DNA of 62,954 nt, counting the filler, from Reticulomyxa filosa (Eukaryota > Protista > Foraminifera): the NCBI GenBank assembly GCA_000512085.1. It is 24 parts of 24 records of this genome, joined end to end, with 100 filler letters (N's around TTAATTAATTAA, not from the genome) between each part and the next. Parts side by side here need not be neighbours in the genome. Positions count along the whole stretch, not along the records: positions 23,805 to 26,337 come from ASPP01011896.1; positions 26,438 to 28,565 come from ASPP01001210.1; positions 28,666 to 32,590 come from ASPP01000866.1; positions 32,691 to 34,501 come from ASPP01006657.1; positions 34,602 to 37,306 come from ASPP01029164.1; 19 more parts are not named here. The stretch is one strand, 5' to 3'. The translations under genes and the position numbers were made by a program. The notes beneath the pieces were generated by a model, which worked only from the letters and a program-made list of their open reading frames with translations, was not told the DNA's origin and made no database searches. This document shows, piece after piece, positions 24,996 to 37,406 of the stretch; the stretch's first letter is position 1; each line of letters begins with the position of its first letter.

Positions 24996-25490
24996 TCACA
25001 AGACAACACAATCACCAAAACGGTTAGCCTTTCTTGTCTCGTATTTGCTCAGCCAATTGGCTTGTCTTAACGTTAACGCTCCACGTCTGGCAAGACGAAC
25101 TTCTTCAATTGCTCTCCAAGGGCTCAAATTTGCTAGTTCAATCAAAGCAATGGCAACTAAAACAGGTGCACGACCTAAACCCGCTACACAGTGAACTGCA
25201 ACAGGCCGTCCTTCTTTTTTGTTTTCGTTTTCCACAATACGAAGCCATTTTTGAATAATTTTGTCCGAAGGTGGCTCACCATCAGGAAAGGCAAGATCTT
25301 CCAGTTGGATATCCTCTGGTAACTTTTCTTTACTGTATGTTGCTTCACATGTTCGCACTATTACGCGAATATCTCTCATTTTTAGTTCTTTTACGTACAA
25401 GGGTAGGTTGTTGTCAGTTGGGGCGTCCATTATCAGAAATTGGCATCCATTGCAAGCTACCATGGATGGAGGATTTGGTAATTGGGTCAT
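24996..25490 (-). CDS. PTP4A: PRL-type (PTP4A) protein tyrosine phosphatase, intronless and complete
   Basis: FLIMDAPTD, VRTCEATY, AFPDGEPP, VAVHCVAGLGRAPVLVAIALIE, RRGA and C-terminal CAAX box CVVL*. Confidence 0.95.
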   Translation of the reverse strand: MTQLPNPPSMVACNGCQFLIMDAPTDNNLPLYVKELKMRDIRVIVRTCEATYSKEKLPEDIQLEDLAFPDGEPPSDKIIQKWLRIVENENKKEGRPVAVHCVAGLGRAPVLVAIALIELANLSPWRAIEEVRLARRGALTLRQANWLSKYETRKANRFGDCVVL

Positions 25491-25887
25491 TGATAGATTT
25501 TCGTTTGCACTTCAGACAAACTCAGATACACATGAAAAAATGGAAAAATTATGAATCTGAGACCCCTGTCTAGTTTTCTCTGTTTTTAAAGAAAACTAAA
25601 AGATGAGACTTTACGCGCATTAAACAAGCAATGTCTTAAAGGAGGTATTTTTATTGTAATATGCGGATTTCTTATTCTTTTAATTTTCCTTGAGCTAAGA
25701 TTGACTAGTTAAATTTAAACAATAAACAAAAAATGATATGAAGCGTCCGCATCGTTTTTCTTAAAAATATCGTCAGTGACGAAATCTTAAACTTAAGATA
25801 AGCAAACGTTGTGCTCTAAGTTTGTTGGTCTTTTTGTTGCTGGCAACCTTGTCTCTCTTACTACACAAAGCGGAATTAATAAATAAA

Positions 25888-26260
25888 ATGCAATTTCTGA
25901 AGTTCTTTGGAAAGCGTGCTGTTGTGGACTCAGAGGAGTCAATATTAAGCGAAGATAGAACCAACGTACCAAGAAACAGTGACAACCAAGTGTCACAGGA
26001 CATTGACACTAAAATGAAAGAAGAAAAGGACAGCGGAAACAAATTAGTTCAAATATTAATGCTTGGCCCAGGAGGTGTGTGAGCATTGCAAAAAGTAAAT
26101 TAATTTTTTTTTACAAGAGGAGGAAATAAAAAAAGGAAGTGGCAAGACAACGGCAGTGAAGCAAATGTTGAAGCTCAGCAAAGTCGAACATGAAGAGAAA
26201 GAGCTATTCAACCCAATGCAATGTCTTGAGTCAATTCATAAAATGCTTTGCTACGACATG
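25888..26260 (+). CDS. Heterotrimeric G-protein alpha subunit, divergent, first two exons (25888-26074, 26136-26260)
   Basis: Splicing intron 26075-26135 gives SQDIDTKMKEEK...VQILMLGPGGSGKTTAVKQM, matching G-alpha S..ID..L......[20 protein letters not shown]. Confidence 0.8.
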
Positions 26261-26439
26261 TAAGTTTTCTATTTGCTCGAATCACTTTTATGTACGTACA
26301 TACGTATATACATACAAAACATTTTTTTTTTTTTTTTNNNNNNNNNNNNNNNNNNNNNNNNNNNNNNNNNNNNNNNNNNNNTTAATTAATTAANNNNNNN
26401 NNNNNNNNNNNNNNNNNNNNNNNNNNNNNNNNNNNNNGT

Positions 26440-26838
26440 CTAATAATATGACAAACCTACCAAAAAAAATTCTGTTACCCTCTCATAAAAAAAAAAAAAA
26501 CAACCTTTTGTGCTCGTTTGATTAGCTTGACATGGATCAAAATTCCAAGGCTCGTCTACATAACTTACAACATTGATAATTGTCAAGTTTTTTGCAAACA
26601 GTTCTTCGTCCAAACTGTTATTATGAAAATAACTGGAAAATGCTTGTTTTAAGTTTGTTCTAAACTGACTCAGACACCACACGTTATTCAATGTCTCATT
26701 TCGTGTCGCGTTAGATACTACCACTGTTGAGTTCACTCGGCAATTTAGCACGACAATCCACGTTCCATTTGTTGTGCATTCGCCAATACTCAACAGCCAC
26801 AACACACACAGATAACCCACAATATTCCAATTTTGCAT
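26440..26838 (-). CDS. Hypothetical secreted glycoprotein, first exon
   Basis: Hydrophobic signal-like N-terminus and several NxT/S sequons. Runs into an intron and the contig end. Confidence 0.5.
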   Translation of the reverse strand: MQNWNIVGYLCVLWLLSIGECTTNGTWIVVLNCRVNSTVVVSNATRNETLNNVWCLSQFRTNLKQAFSSYFHNNSLDEELFAKNLTIINVVSYVDEPWNFDPCQANQTSTKGCFFFFYERVTEFFLVGLSYY

Positions 26839-27393
26839 TTAGTTACTTAATTTCAATGGGTTTGGAGGTTCAATAAAAGGGTATATTTCACGTATACAAG
26901 TACTTTTGAGTGTGTTTTTTTAAACAAAATCAACCATATTTTAGTTTATAGAACCGTAACCGAAAGAGGCAAATGTATTTGAAACATCTAGAGTAATTCG
27001 ATAGTACAAAGTTTTTTAAAAAATAAATGAAAACGCAGACAAACTAATTCAAGAGTTTATGATTAGAGAACATTTGAATTTTTTTTTTTGTAAGAAAATA
27101 TTGCATGTTACAAACTCAACTCAAATTTGCGATAAATTAGAAAAACTCAACAGTTGATGTATTTTTTTCCACAACAAAATCCTTCATTTTGTCTAAATGT
27201 TAACGAGTGTAAAATGAAGCTTGTGATTCTTATGCGATATTGTGAAACGAAAACAACGTTTTTTTGATTTCAGAAAAAAAAAAATAGAATAAAAGCGATT
27301 GATTCATTAATCGGAAACCTAATAAAAGAAAAACAAAATTCACCCAAAAGGAAAAACGAAAATCTAAGTTGACTGAACCTTGAAAGGAACATC

Positions 27394-28565
27394 TTAGCCG
27401 TAGATCCAATCTACCAAGTCCTTCCTGCCTTGAGGAGTAACGATGACATTATCCGGCGTGAATTCATATCCTTGTGAGTCCCAAAAATCTGGACGATAGT
27501 GTAAAAATGCATTAACCCAAGATGTGCCATTGTAGACAGCCGGACGCCCTATTGATTGGAAATGATGGAGTTGGTTGTAAATCTTGAAAAACAAAGAAAA
27601 GCCAAGACAGAAAAAACAACAACAACAAATAAGTGATACCATGAATCAGTTTGGAAGACTCGTAGTAAATCATAGAGCAGACGTCATCTTGAACGTAGTA
27701 TCGTTTTCCGTCCCATGAAACCAGTTCCAACGGCCAAGGCGCCTCATCTAGACTAGGTTCGTGTGCGACATGGAGAATTGCAGATATGATATGAGTTTCA
27801 ATTCTGTCCACATGCGTTTTGAGCACCGCCCCTTTTCGATACTCCCGAAGGCCATAGATTGTGGAATATTGCAACTTTGTCCCACTCCACTCTTCCAACA
27901 AAGGTCGTAAGCGATCTCCGATCCAAATTTTTTTTTCATTTGGAATGTGCATCATCCATGTTGAAACTTTATTGACAAGATTTTTTTTTATTTTTTTATT
28001 TTTTGCAAAAACAGCCAAAAACTCAACACCAATGTGTATACTTTTTTTTTTTTTTAATTTTTTTTTTTAATGCACATTCAAACTGAACTTTCTCTGGTGT
28101 TGACTTTCGTATACAAAATGTTCAGAAAAGTACGTTCCAAGATCAAAACAAAGAAACAAACAAAAAACACGTCATTTTTATTTTGTTAGCGTGCAAAGAA
28201 AAAAAAAAAAAAAAAAAAAAGCGATGAAACTTTGAGTTCCGTCTTTTGGAAATGCTTCTCTTCGTGAACTGTCTTTATTCTGCTGATAGAAATCCAACAG
28301 AAACTGACAAACGTCATCGGGGAGTTTTTCCGATTTGAATCCCGTCGGAGTGAAGTGTGGCATCAATGGGGGGATACGAATGTTATCCAAATACCTTCGT
28401 CGGGTACTCCAATCCTGTTGTAACTGCAATGTATATTTGGCCTCCAAATCGGTTCGGAACTTTTCATCGTCGGTTATTTTCTGGTTTGTACTCTGCGTAA
28501 TGTTTTTTTCCTTCGACGTCATATCAAGTATGTAGCGATTGACAACTCTTATAGCATATCACACA
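27394..28565 (-). CDS. 2OG-Fe(II) oxygenase (prolyl-hydroxylase-like), multi-exon, 5'-truncated
   Basis: YGLREY..GAVLKTHVDR (HxD), ISAILHV, WPLEL, MIYYESSKLIHG (distal His) and NAFLHYRP. Confidence 0.75.
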
Positions 28566-28665
28566 NNNNNNNNNNNNNNNNNNNNNNNNNNNNNNNNNNN
28601 NNNNNNNNNTTAATTAATTAANNNNNNNNNNNNNNNNNNNNNNNNNNNNNNNNNNNNNNNNNNNN

Positions 28666-28838
28666 ATTTTAAATATCAAAATTTTGAAATGTAAATTAAA
28701 AATATCAACAATAAAGAAACTACAAAATTAGTAGATATTTTAAAAAAAAATTAAGTTTAAATCTTTTTTTTCGTGGAGAAAATCGATTATCTTCATATAG
28801 TGCCATTTAGGTATGGCGGTTTTTTTTGCAATCTAATG
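28666..28838. mobile_element. MITE family 1, diverged right arm (cut by contig start), TA at 28839-28840
   Basis: AAACTACAA...GTAGATATTTTAAAA...GGAGAAAATCGATTATC...TTTGCAATCTAATG|TA is colinear with the other copies. Confidence 0.75.
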
Positions 28839-29299
28839 TATGTACATTTTTTAATTATTGGTGGATGAACAGTATGATTTAGATTGAAAAAATCAATTGT
28901 GTTTAAAGAGAAGAAAATGCCAAAATTAAATTAAAAAAAGAAATAGCTGTGGTAATTGTTACTCAGTTATGACGTAGTGATTAATATTTTAATAATATTT
29001 ACTAATTTTTTGAAAATTGAAAGTATTGTATGCTTCACTTTTGTATTACATTGTATGTAATGTGATATGCTATATTTTCGTGACGTAAATTTCTTTTCAA
29101 TGTTATATTTTAAATGAATTCATTTACTTTACAAATCAAAAAAATTGTAATATTACTTTTTTTGTTGCTTATTTAAACAATTTTCATCTGACAAAAGCCA
29201 TTTATCTGTTTCTCTAAGAATAAATGGCTAAATTAATAATTTTTGTAAATAGTTGTAGAAAAGGGTGCCAAAGAATAAATCATTGTTAATGTATATGAG

Positions 29300-31019
29300 A
29301 TGAAATCTTTTTTTTTTTGCTTTCTTGCCTATTTTTTGGGATCATTGACATGTATTTCTTTTGGTTTTGAAAAGAGTTCGGAGTTGCAGACATGTCCTCC
29401 TCAATCGGCCTTGGTTGTTTCGAAACAAACCCTTTATGAGAATAAAGAGCATTCTTTGGGAATACAAAACTATACGACAGCGGAATTGCTGGAAAAATAT
29501 CCAAATTCGTTCATTACTCGAAATGGCAGTCAATTGATGATTGAAGGCAGCCCAATTCGATTGGCAGGAGGTAGCATGTGGGAGGGGAAAAAAAGGGGGG
29601 GGGGTCAAAAAAATATTTAGGTATACGTAACCGCACAAAAGTGGACACAAAATAAAATAAACAAAAGGAAACATCTATTGGTTAGGATTAGATGAAAACG
29701 GATCTCCAGGGATAGCATATCCAACCGAATTTCGACAAAGAGATGCGATAACAACGGCAGTGAAAGTGTTGGGTGCAACGGTACTTCGCACTCACACATT
29801 GGGTATAAGTGTTGGGAACAACAAATCGTACGAACGCGAGCTGAACGTTTTAACGAAGAAGCAGCAGCAATAATTGACCGAGCGATTGCGATTGCCAAAG
29901 AAAATAATGTGAGATTGGTGATTCCATTAACAGACAATTGGCATTATTATCATGGAGGGGAATACACATTTTGCAATTGGCGAGGGACGAATAATTTGAC
30001 GGAATTCTATTCCAATGAGACGATTGTTAAAGATTTTGAAAACTACATTTGGCACTTGTTAAATCATTATAATAATTTGACAGGCAACTATTTGAAAGAT
30101 GAACCGACCATTTTGGCGTGGGAAACAGGAAACGAAATTTGTCCTCCTCCTCAATGGACCAATGATATCTGTCTCTTTATTAAGTCTATCAATTCTGGCA
30201 AGCAGCTAGTTTTGAGTGGACGCTATGGTGTCAGTTCACTCGAACTAGAACTGGAGTGTGTCGATTTGTATTCTAATCATTATTATCCTATGGACCCTCA
30301 ACAAGTCGCTATGGATGCACAACTCAGTTTTGTCAACATTTTTTTTAAAAAAAGTAATGCTATCACGGTGGTCTAGATTTGTCTTTGTAATAATCCTATA
30401 TGTATGTATATATAAATATATATATATATATAACATAGCGCGCTCTGCAAATAAGGTGTTTTTTGCCGGGGAATTTGGTTGGACGACTGGGGACTTGTCA
30501 TTTTTGGACTCTTTTTTAGAAAGTATGTACAGCAATGGAGTCAACATGGATTGCTATTGGAGCTTGTTTCCGCACAATGATAGTTATGGCTTTGAGTATC
30601 ACGATGATGGTTTTAGCTTGTATTATCCTGGAGAATACACTCCAGATGATTTACAGACAAACACTTCATTGAAAATAAAGTCATTACGTAATCATGCACT
30701 TCTTATGAGTGGATACACTCCTGGCACATTGCCTGATTATCCGGTTTGTGGTCAACCCAAAATCTCAAATATCACGAGTGATATTTCTAATGGTGCTACT
30801 ACTATTTTTTGGAGAGGAGCTTGTGGTTGTTGTACTTATAACATTGAAAAAAGCTTTCAAAATGATGCCGGCTGGGTTGTTTTGACTTCTGGTGTTACTG
30901 ATTTTGAAGGATTTTTCCAAGATGATAGTGTCTATCATGAATGCGTTTATTACAGAATTAAGGGAGTAAACGCCAATCAGGTGTTTGGGAATTATTCCGA
31001 TGTTGTAGAGTATTGTTGA
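29300..31019 (+). CDS. Secreted GH5 endo-beta-mannanase-like glycoside hydrolase with a C-terminal FnIII-like module; introns 29571-29667 and ~30327-30438; 1-nt slip near 29850
   Basis: Signal peptide, GNIYWLGLDEN, RTHTLGISVG, IPLTDNWHYYHGG, AWETGNE (acid/base Glu), HYYP, AGEFGW (nucleophile Glu) and YWSLF. Confidence 0.88.
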
Positions 31020-31890
31020 ATATATTGCATAAAAAATTAAACACAAAAAAACTATGTTAAAATTGATATAATTACAAACATATAATAAAGAACCTAAAAA
31101 TATTTTGGTTCTTAGTTAGCTTTTCAAACATTGAAAATCTAGCATTCAAACATAAAATTGTTGATAACAGAATTACAATAAAGAAACTTGAAATTGATTT
31201 TACTTATTCATATAACATTACATTGAAACATGAAATAAGATCAAATGTTTTGTAATAAGTTGTGAAATTTGTAGTAACATTAAGAAAAAATATTTAATAT
31301 CAAATAACGAAAAAACAAAACAACATAAACAAATACATGATTTGAGCTATGTAATTGATAAAATAAGCAATATTTTTTGTTTCTTAATAGTGATCTATAC
31401 CTTTTACGTGTAAAAAAGGTAGTCTTAATGGAAGTGTATAGTATGATACAATTAATCTGTATCTAATCACAAATTGCAAAGTGAAAAAAAACCTTTTAAA
31501 ATGACATGACTGCGAGATAATTAATTTTCTCTTTGTTATAAATATTTTAAAAATAAGAAACTGGTGCTTTTAAAAAGCAGACAGAATAAAGATCAAAAAA
31601 AAAAACTTAGAAAACATCACGGATATTTGTAGGTAAAACTTTTATTTGATTTGGATATTGCTATACTTTTGTTTGAATGAATAGATAGAGTCAATCCTCT
31701 AAATCAACGATAAAATTGTTGCGGACAAGGAAAATTTTGTCAGTGCTGAACAAGTGTGACCACACAAACGAATTATGCCGGAAGAAACAAGAGGTATGTA
31801 AATGAAGGCTTGAGTACAAAAAACAAAAGCAAGCATCCAGCCCAGGTCCCCTCAAAAAAAAACGTACATTGATTGTACACAAGAGTGTGA

Positions 31891-32545
31891 CTAAGTTTGG
31901 AAATGATGATAACTGTGAGTGAACAAAGAGGGTTGATAACCCTCCAAATTAAATTGATACATGTCGCTACCACTTTTGTTTTCAGAGATATTTAATTTAT
32001 GTCGAATATCTTGAATCGAAGTTTCATAATAAATAGGATTGGTTAGTTCTTTTGGAGCATTTTGTAAAGTCAATTGGAATTTTAGACATTCTTCGCGAAT
32101 GATTTTAGCAATACGGAGTTCATATCTATCGGGCAGTGCCAACTCTTTAACAAGTTGTTTAGCGAACAATTCACAAGTATCGTCATTGCTACTTTGAATG
32201 TTCCAAAGCAGTGTATCTTCATATCTCAGCTGATATGTGTGGACGTCGTCCCAGACACGAATTCGTACTTCAATCATTTTTTCTTGGTCTTTTTTTAGGA
32301 CACTTGGATCTGCAGTGTCTGCAGCAACACAGTTTTCGTTATTGTTAGCATTTGAACTTGCACAGCTCGGATTTTGAAAAGCGCTCATCGCTTGTTTGAT
32401 TTGATAATGGAATGCCCTTTCCAATCGTCGTTTCAATTTTTTGTTATGAGGTTCTCCATAATCCCGACTCAAATTATTCACAAACTCTTTCAATACATCA
32501 TCATTATTTTTGGGGTTCCACAAGACGTAATCCGAAAACTCTTTG
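31891..32545 (-). CDS. SNF5/SMARCB1/Sfh1-like chromatin-remodelling subunit, partial
   Basis: Two imperfect repeats, (D)YVLWN...EFVNNLSRD...FHYQI and EDTLLWN...ELFAKQLVKELAL...IAKIIREE, match SNF5 RPT1/RPT2 (D.F.W....E.FA..LC.EL.L....IA..IR.Q). Confidence 0.75.
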
Positions 32546-32690
32546 CCTAAATATACACATGCATAATATATATATATATATATATATATANNNNNNNNNN
32601 NNNNNNNNNNNNNNNNNNNNNNNNNNNNNNNNNNTTAATTAATTAANNNNNNNNNNNNNNNNNNNNNNNNNNNNNNNNNNNNNNNNNNNN

Positions 32691-33277
32691 CACAACCGCG
32701 AGCACGATCGCAGTCGCAGTCGCAATCGCAATTGCAATCGCAAATTCAAACGAGATCAAAGATCAAACCTCAATCGCAAGCACACACACAAATTGAAATG
32801 CAAACACAGATACAAACACAGACACTGACGCAGGTGCAGACACAGGTACAAACAGAGCCAGCAGCAAAGATCAGAGCCAAAACCAAAGTCAAAGCGCAAT
32901 TGCAGACAAAAGAACTGCCATTAGAAAAGAAAGCACAGTTAGACAGCGCAGACGAAAAGTCGGACCACGACCATATGTCTGCAATGTCGGCGCTGTCTGA
33001 AGACAAAGCTGCGAAAGGACACACATCACCGTCGTCATCGCGGCTAATGGCGTCCAAAGCTCAAAGGGCTCAAGTACGTGCGGCTGCCGACTCCAGAGAA
33101 AAAAAGAACAAGATTGTCGAGTGGAAGAAATCGGAAAAAGGCAATCCCTACTTTGATGCCTCCATTATTCAGAGGTATTCTCTAACCGATGAAGACTTCA
33201 AACGCATGCTTTCCAAAACACAGCCCAAAGTCGTTGGTACCGCTATCATCATGGGTGGTCACAATGGCAACAAATAG
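32691..33277 (+). CDS. Hypothetical protein C-terminus with QT/QS dipeptide repeats
   Basis: Open frame from the contig start to a stop, low complexity. Confidence 0.55.
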
Positions 33278-33889
33278 CGTATTTTAATGCTTGTTTGTTT
33301 TGTCTTGACTTGTCTTATTTTTTTCTTTTTTTTTCAATTTAATTTTCTTCTTTTTTTTTTTGTTGAACAATGTCATTCTTATGTTATCTTATCTTATCTT
33401 ATCTTATGTTTTGAATTTTTTTGTTTTGTTTTGTTTTGTTTTGTTTGTTGGGTCGTTGTTGTCTATTTTATCACTTTTTGCCATTTTTGTTGCAATTTGA
33501 CTGTTTGCAAATGGTTGTTTTTTATTACAACATTATTACAACTTACAACAAATGCTTACTAAAAACTGCATCCGGTAATTTCAAAAAATATTTGTCCCCT
33601 CATGACAGTTGAAATTACTCGTGCACAGTCAATTTTTTTTCTGCAAGAAAGAGACACTTTTTTGACGGTGTCACTCCAAACGGAAAAAATGTCAAGATAT
33701 TAAATGAACCTGAACCTTTTAAATCTATATCATTGACCATGTCAGAGTTTCGTGGAGTTTGTCTTGATGTAAAAATGGAATGTTCATTTTCAATTTGAAC
33801 TGGTCAACGATTGCTTTTCAATTATTGCAATTGATTATTTTTGTTGTTGTTGAAACAGAGCAAATATCGATGTAAATGAAGCGTCAGCA

Positions 33890-34463
33890 CTAGAAGGGTT
33901 GCAGCGGACAGTAGAGAGCCAACAACATTTGATCGACGAACTGACATTACAAAACAAGGAGTTGAAGGGTGAGATTGAAAAGTTGAAAGAACAAGTGACT
34001 TCATCCACAAAAAGTCAACCTGCGCCGGCAACCACCGCAACAAAAACACCAACACCAAACAATGGAGGAGGGGGAGGGGGAGGAATTGACAATGGCGTGT
34101 CTCAAAACGCAGCAGCTAGTATGTTAGCAGCAAAATTGGGAGGAATGATTAAGCGACCACTGCAATCAGCAAATGTGAATGCAAGTGCAACTGCGTCTAC
34201 GACCACTACAGCAGCAACAACAGGAACAGCAGCAACAACACCGAGTAAAAGCACAAATGAAGACAGCTCGAATCTGACCAGCGGTGCGGAAGAAGATGGG
34301 ACATCGTCGACAACACCAAGACTAGAACCAGACCATGAGCGCATATTAAAAAAATATGAAATGATGTTAAAGTTGGGGATATCCGTTCACGGCGCCATTG
34401 GAAGGATGACACAAGATGGGATTGATAAGGACATTATCAAACAATTCAAAATCAAACACGCAG
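33890..34463 (+). CDS. Coiled-coil / low-complexity protein with a CCDC53-C-terminal-like motif (as seen in WASH-complex subunits and protist formins), partial
   Basis: LKKYEMMLKLGISVHGAIGRMTQDGID matches the 'KY.KMLK.G.P..AV..KM..DG.D' motif. Confidence 0.6.
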
Positions 34464-34467
34464 GTTT

Positions 34468-34498
<31 letters not shown>

Positions 34499-34601
34499 CG
34501 TNNNNNNNNNNNNNNNNNNNNNNNNNNNNNNNNNNNNNNNNNNNNTTAATTAATTAANNNNNNNNNNNNNNNNNNNNNNNNNNNNNNNNNNNNNNNNNNN
34601 N

Positions 34602-35524
34602 AAAAATGAAGGCACAGCTGCGTTTGACAACAAACAATCTTTTGTTGTCACTGTTTTTTAAACGCTCGTTGGTTCAAACGGTGAGGTTTTTGGATGAAAT
34701 TGCGCTGAAGTCGAACAAGGAAAATGACTGGTTCTACAAGCGCTTGGCCAAAACATTGAGTTGTTTTTGACAGAGCGGTGTAAGTACATCATCAGCCACT
34801 TGCCAAAACATTGCCTGGAATCGAACCAATCCATATTATCTTGCGCCTTGAAAATCTCGAAAAAGCAAACACAAGAATAGTCTAAAAAGATTATCAAGCC
34901 AATTCTCCTCAATTTGTTCAAAAACAATGAAAAAGACATCCATATCAACATGTTGAAAAATTTGGACAAATTTATTCATTGTTTGGATACAAATACTATT
35001 TCCAAAGATATTTTCCATTGTGTTATTAATGGATTTTATGGATCAATCACCAGTTTTAAGGTATAATAAATAAATAATATGTATTATTTATTTGACAAAT
35101 AATTTGAAGGTTAATATATTTTTTAATGTATACTTGGATGACATAATTTTCCAATGAAGAAAATGCTCCGCTCGATCATTGCTACACTTTGCGTGAAGTG
35201 TTGATGTATGTGCTGGCGAAACTTCAAGCGCAAGACACAGAGCCGGCGATTCGAACGAACACCACAATTGTGTTTGTGAAGATATCACCGTGCTTGGAAA
35301 TATCAAAGATGGAGGTAGTGCATGATGCGCTCACGTTGCCGGAAAAGCACCCGCGAGAAGGTTCTGTTAGGACCCACTTTGTCACAGACCACCGGCTCGT
35401 CAGGAGCTCATGCAAGAAGTGCAACCGACTCAACGCGGACCAAAATGCTACGACTACTGTCGCTGTCTCTGTCGGTATTGCACTGACCTCGTTTGGCATG
35501 TGGCTGCTGTTTTCAACAAACTGA
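34602..35524 (+). pseudogene. SCYL1/Cex1-like HEAT-repeat region, frameshifted
   Basis: IFHCVINGFMDQSPVLR and LAKLQAQDTEPAIRTNTTIVFVKI match SCYL1 GF.D..P.IRE and LA.LQ..D....IRTNTT.CLGKI. Several frameshifts. Confidence 0.7.
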
Positions 35525-36099
35525 AAATGCTCACACTAACAAGATGGCAATGCGAGTGATAATCATGGCAGAAGCAATCACATTGGCGAATTGAAATCCA
35601 AACCTACCAATAAACCGATCGCAAGAGAAGACTAGTAACAAATGTTCATAGTCTCCGACCGGTTCAGCAGTCGCATTTTTAATACGAAACCTCGCCGACC
35701 TACAGTTGCTTCAGTGAATACCATTATCAAGAAATACTTGTGCAATTTTGTACAAAACGTGGAAGCGAATTGCGCAAATACATGTGGCTAGAAGAATTCA
35801 CATTCTAATGCGTTTTTTATTCATCAAAAAATATTTTAAGTATGTGTTTGTCATTTGTGGTTGTTATTTGTTGTTTTTTTTTATGTTTGGCTTTTGCGAA
35901 TGCAATTCTCGCATTATTGCCAATTAAAATTTATAAAAATTTCAACTGAATTATTCTCATTTTTCTTGCAATGTATCTCGATGCTACCTTTTCTTTTGTT
36001 AATTACTTTTAACAATGTGATTGCAGCAATTGAATTAAACAAACAACGTTAGAAAATCAAAATATAAAATAAACAAGTTTAAACAATAAGATTAATTAA

Positions 36100-36963
36100 T
36101 TCTATAAATTGTATTATCATATCATTATCATAATCATTTTTGTAATGTTATTTGTTCTTCATCATATGATAAAACCATTCTTTTTGGGATATCAAAGATA
36201 ATCAACAATTACAAATATTAAAACAATCGCGTTTATAGTATTGAATTTTCATCATTTAATGGTGGTCGATATTTATGTTCTGGATCTGAGGATAAAACAA
36301 TCCGTTTATGGGATGTTGAAATATTTAAATCATTGTATATTTTTAATGAACACAAATATGGTGTTCAGCGTGTGGATTTTTCACCATTATAAAGTAATTT
36401 GAATATAAATGGAAGTAGCAGTATTGGCGTGGTTGGTGGTAATGGATATACTATTTGTTCTGGATCATCAGATGAGACTATTCAAATATGGGATATTGAA
36501 ACATCCGAACAAATTGTTATATTCAAATGACATACATATATAGTAAATAGTATAAAATATGGATTAAATGAATTAGGAATTAGTGGTGATGCAAATACTA
36601 TACTGTCTGGATCAAATGATAAAAATTTTCGTTTATGGGATATTCGATCTCGTAGACAAATTCAAGTATTTAAAGGATACTCAGGTTTTGTTAAACCTGT
36701 TGAATATTCATTATTAGTAAAGAGTAAAAGCAAATTTGGTGATTGCTCAAATGTTATATGTTCTATATCAATGGATAATACAATTCATTTTTGGGGACAT
36801 TCGATCAAAAAAGAATGAATTGCATGTGATTAAAGAAAATCAAGAAAATACTGAAGTATATTGTCTTACATTTTTATAATTAAAAAAAAGTAATGATAAT
36901 CGTTGTTGTAGTATTAATATGTGTTATGGTTCGCACAACGATTTTATTCATATTTGTGATTAA
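36100..36963 (+). pseudogene. WD40 family A pseudogene
   Basis: Colinear with 5650-6512 (GGNGYTICSGSSDETIQIWD; ILSGSNDKNFRLWDIRS). In-frame stops (~36390, ~36528) and frameshifts; 5' part absent. Confidence 0.9.
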
Positions 36964-37208
36964 TATTATTCTTCAATAAAAAAATATTTGAGTCAAATGT
37001 AATTCTCTCATTAAACATTCTAATTTATCATATGCTGTACATATTGCATTTCGTGATCTAATCGTTGATTTAGATGATAAATACAAAAAATTAATGTAAA
37101 AAAATTTAAATCAAACCCTGAAGCAAAAAAAATCTTTTTTTAATTTAATAACACTTGTTAAAAAGAATTTGCATTAATATCATCACACTGTATATTGACT
37201 TTATCTGC

Positions 37209-37306
37209 TTATAATGGTCTCCATAATTGAATTTTTCCATCACTAGAACATGACACAATAGAATTACCATCTGATGAGATATCAATTGCTGTTATTGGAC
37301 TAGAAT
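37209..37306 (-). CDS. WD40 family B gene, 3' end only
   Basis: SSPITAIDISSDGNSIVSCSSDGKIQLWRPL*, homologous to the end of 61241-62089 (AIDISSDGNTIAFYSKNGTIHLWKVL*). Confidence 0.8.
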
Positions 37307-37406
37307 NNNNNNNNNNNNNNNNNNNNNNNNNNNNNNNNNNNNNNNNNNNNTTAATTAATTAANNNNNNNNNNNNNNNNNNNNNNNNNNNNNNNNNNNNNN
37401 NNNNNN

